Origin: Folioceros fuciformis
Taxonomy: Eukaryota
Direction of reading: 5' to 3'
Length of the DNA: 20,000 nt
Assembly (NCBI GenBank): GCA_049999805.1
Contig: JBNGIO010006217.1
Location: forward strand, 174,152 to 194,151
In this document: piece by piece, positions 18,017-20,000 of the stretch
How positions within the stretch are numbered: the stretch's first letter is position 1
Layout: each line of letters begins with the position of its first letter
Notes under the pieces: generated by a model
Told to the model about the DNA's origin: nothing
Databases searched by the model: none
What the model saw: the letters and a program-made list of their open reading frames with translations, nothing else
Position numbers and translations under genes: made by a program

Positions 18017-20000
18017 TTAAGACTTTTGCCATGGCATCTTGACGTTAGGCAGGTGGTAGGGCGCGCAATTCTTCATATGGTCTGTGATGGTGCGCCCATC
18101 TGACCCTTGCAGTAGCAAGACCCCATTTGGTCGGACCTCCTTGACTCGCAACACATGATGGCTGCTGACAGAGTCCAAAGTGTCCCCTATTTGGCGTTGC
18201 AAGTATACGAAATCCCCCACTTGAAATTTCTTCAGTTTGGGTCTGAAACTACCACTGCGAGTGTAGGCATACCGCAATGTGTCCCGGTGCTATGCAATGC
18301 GGAGATTGGCCATTGCATGGGCATCACTTGCCTGAACAATGTAGCCCTCTCACCAATAGCACGTGGCCAAGCAGCAGGGTCATCTAGATCCAAAACTCTT
18401 GCCATTTGCTTGGCAATAGCACTAGGCGGTATGGGCTCCCTCCAAAATAGCAAAAAGTAGGGACTGAAGTGAGCTAAGGAGGCATGTTTGCTGAGCCTGT
18501 ACCCCATGGCAATGTATGGTAGGGCCAAATCCCACTTTGTCTTCAGCATCCGTAAGCACAGTTTCCTTAGTCCCTTCTTGATTGTTTGCACCATACGCCC
18601 TGCGAGACCATCAGCTTGGGGGTGATCTTGGCTAGTCCTGCGATGGTCAATCAATGCTGCATCCAGCAGATCTTGGAATTCTCCTCGGAATTTAGAGCCC
18701 TGATCTGTCAAGCATTCAGCACAACTTCCAAATCGTGCCAGCACATTCTGAAGGAAAGCCTGCGCTATGCTTCTAGATGTCTTATCAGGAAGGGCCACCA
18801 CTTCAATCCACTTGCTGAAATGCTCCACCATAACAAGCACGTAGACATTGCCCCTTGGTGTATGAGGGAGTTCCCCAAGCAGGTCACATGACCACCGAAA
18901 GAACAGACCCATGATGGGCAAAGGCTGTAGCTGTGGATTCTGAATGTTGAAGGTGGTCTTCACTCTGTCACACTCCACACAACGAGCCACTTGTTGCTTC
19001 ACCTGGGCATGCATCCCGTACCAATGAAAATGTGGGACGAGGAGGCTGTAGGTCCTTTTGACACCAAAGTGACCCATGTCGTCATGGACTCGACGAATCA
19101 ACTGCTCCCTCTCAACTGGTGGAGGCACAAGACGTTCCACTCCGTTACCCAACCTTCGCAGCAAGTAGTTGTCTCGCCAGTAGTATTGCCTAGCACGTTG
19201 ACCGATCTGGTCCTGGGTTGCTGGCTTTAGTGACGTGTCCAGCTGTCCAGTTTGCACAACGTGCAAAGTCTCAACATCCTCCCAAATGTCCTTGGGCCTG
19301 GTAGTACTTGCATTAACCTCTAGCTGTCCCAAGCATATCATGGCCACTAGGGCTGCCACTTCAAGACCCTCTGCCTCATCGCTATCCAGATCCTGTCGGG
19401 CTGCGGTTACATCAACATGACTGTCACTAGGATTCATAGACAAGGTGTCAGCATTCTGGTGTTTCACGCTAGGCCTGTGCACCACATTGAACTCATAATC
19501 TTGCAAGATCATAGCCCATCTTGCCAACTTACCACTGATTTTGGTGTTTGTCATCAGCCACTTGAGAGGCTGGTGATCTGTCACCAATGTAAAGGGCTTC
19601 CCAAACAAATATGGGCGAAAATGGCAAACAGCCCACACGGCCGCTAATCATTCCCCATGGTAACTGCTGTAGTTGTCCTCTGCACGGTTATTGCTACGGG
19701 ATGCGTAAGCTATAACGCGCTCGCGTCCCTCTTCTTCTAGCTGTGCAAGGACAGCCCCAAGACCTAGCACACTCCAGTCTGTGTGCACCACAAAGGCCTT
19801 GGAAAAATCAGGTCTGGCCATCACAAGGGCTGTGATTAGCTGAGCCTTGAGCATGTCAAAGGCCTCCTGTGTAGCAGCTGTCCAGCTCCAGTGCACATCC
19901 TTGCGCAGCAGATCATTTCAGTGGCTTTGCAATTCGGCTGAAACTCTGAATGTATACCCTGTAATAGTTGCATAAGCCCAAGAAAGCCCTCAATGCTGAA
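18017..20000 (-). mobile_element. Decayed Ty3/gypsy LTR retrotransposon pol (RT C-terminus, RNase H, integrase); runs off the window end
   Basis: Motifs: LRAFLGLCNYYR (RT thumb); VHTDWS..GLGAVL..ERVIAYASR..YSSY.GE*LAAVWAV.HFRPYL..LVTDHQPLKWL (RNase H); H-x4-H...CVEC zinc finger; integrase core CDLLG / LTDQG / GLAGRMV. The RT-RH-INT order indicates gypsy. Lesions: frameshift ~19917, TGA 19648-19650, frameshift ~18316, TAG 18290-18292. Confidence 0.95.

Overview
Eukaryotic plant nuclear DNA. It is probably from a hornwort or another seed-free lineage; this is an inference from the GRP-terminated PPR protein and the compact introns. Three protein-coding genes can be read from the sequence. (1) An 11-exon MO25/CAB39-family gene on the minus strand (3706-6401, 341 aa; all introns GT-AG and in phase). 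(2) An intronless PLS-class PPR gene (9545-12457) ending in a variant DYW:KP deaminase-like domain (KPA-ATIEV box, HAE...CxxC, C-terminal GRP), the class associated with 'reverse' U-to-C organellar RNA editing. This is the most interesting object in the window. (3) A BDP1/TFIIIB-B''-like SANT-domain ORF (13473-14648) whose 5' end abuts an assembly gap. These genes lie among transposon relics: a CRE-like, restriction-like-endonuclease non-LTR element apparently lacking its RT domain (~200-1565) and a decayed Ty3/gypsy pol (18017-20000, minus). There are also several minisatellites and three N-gaps, two with artefactual flanking duplications. No CRISPR array or RNA gene was recognised. All family calls come from motif recognition by eye, not database searches.
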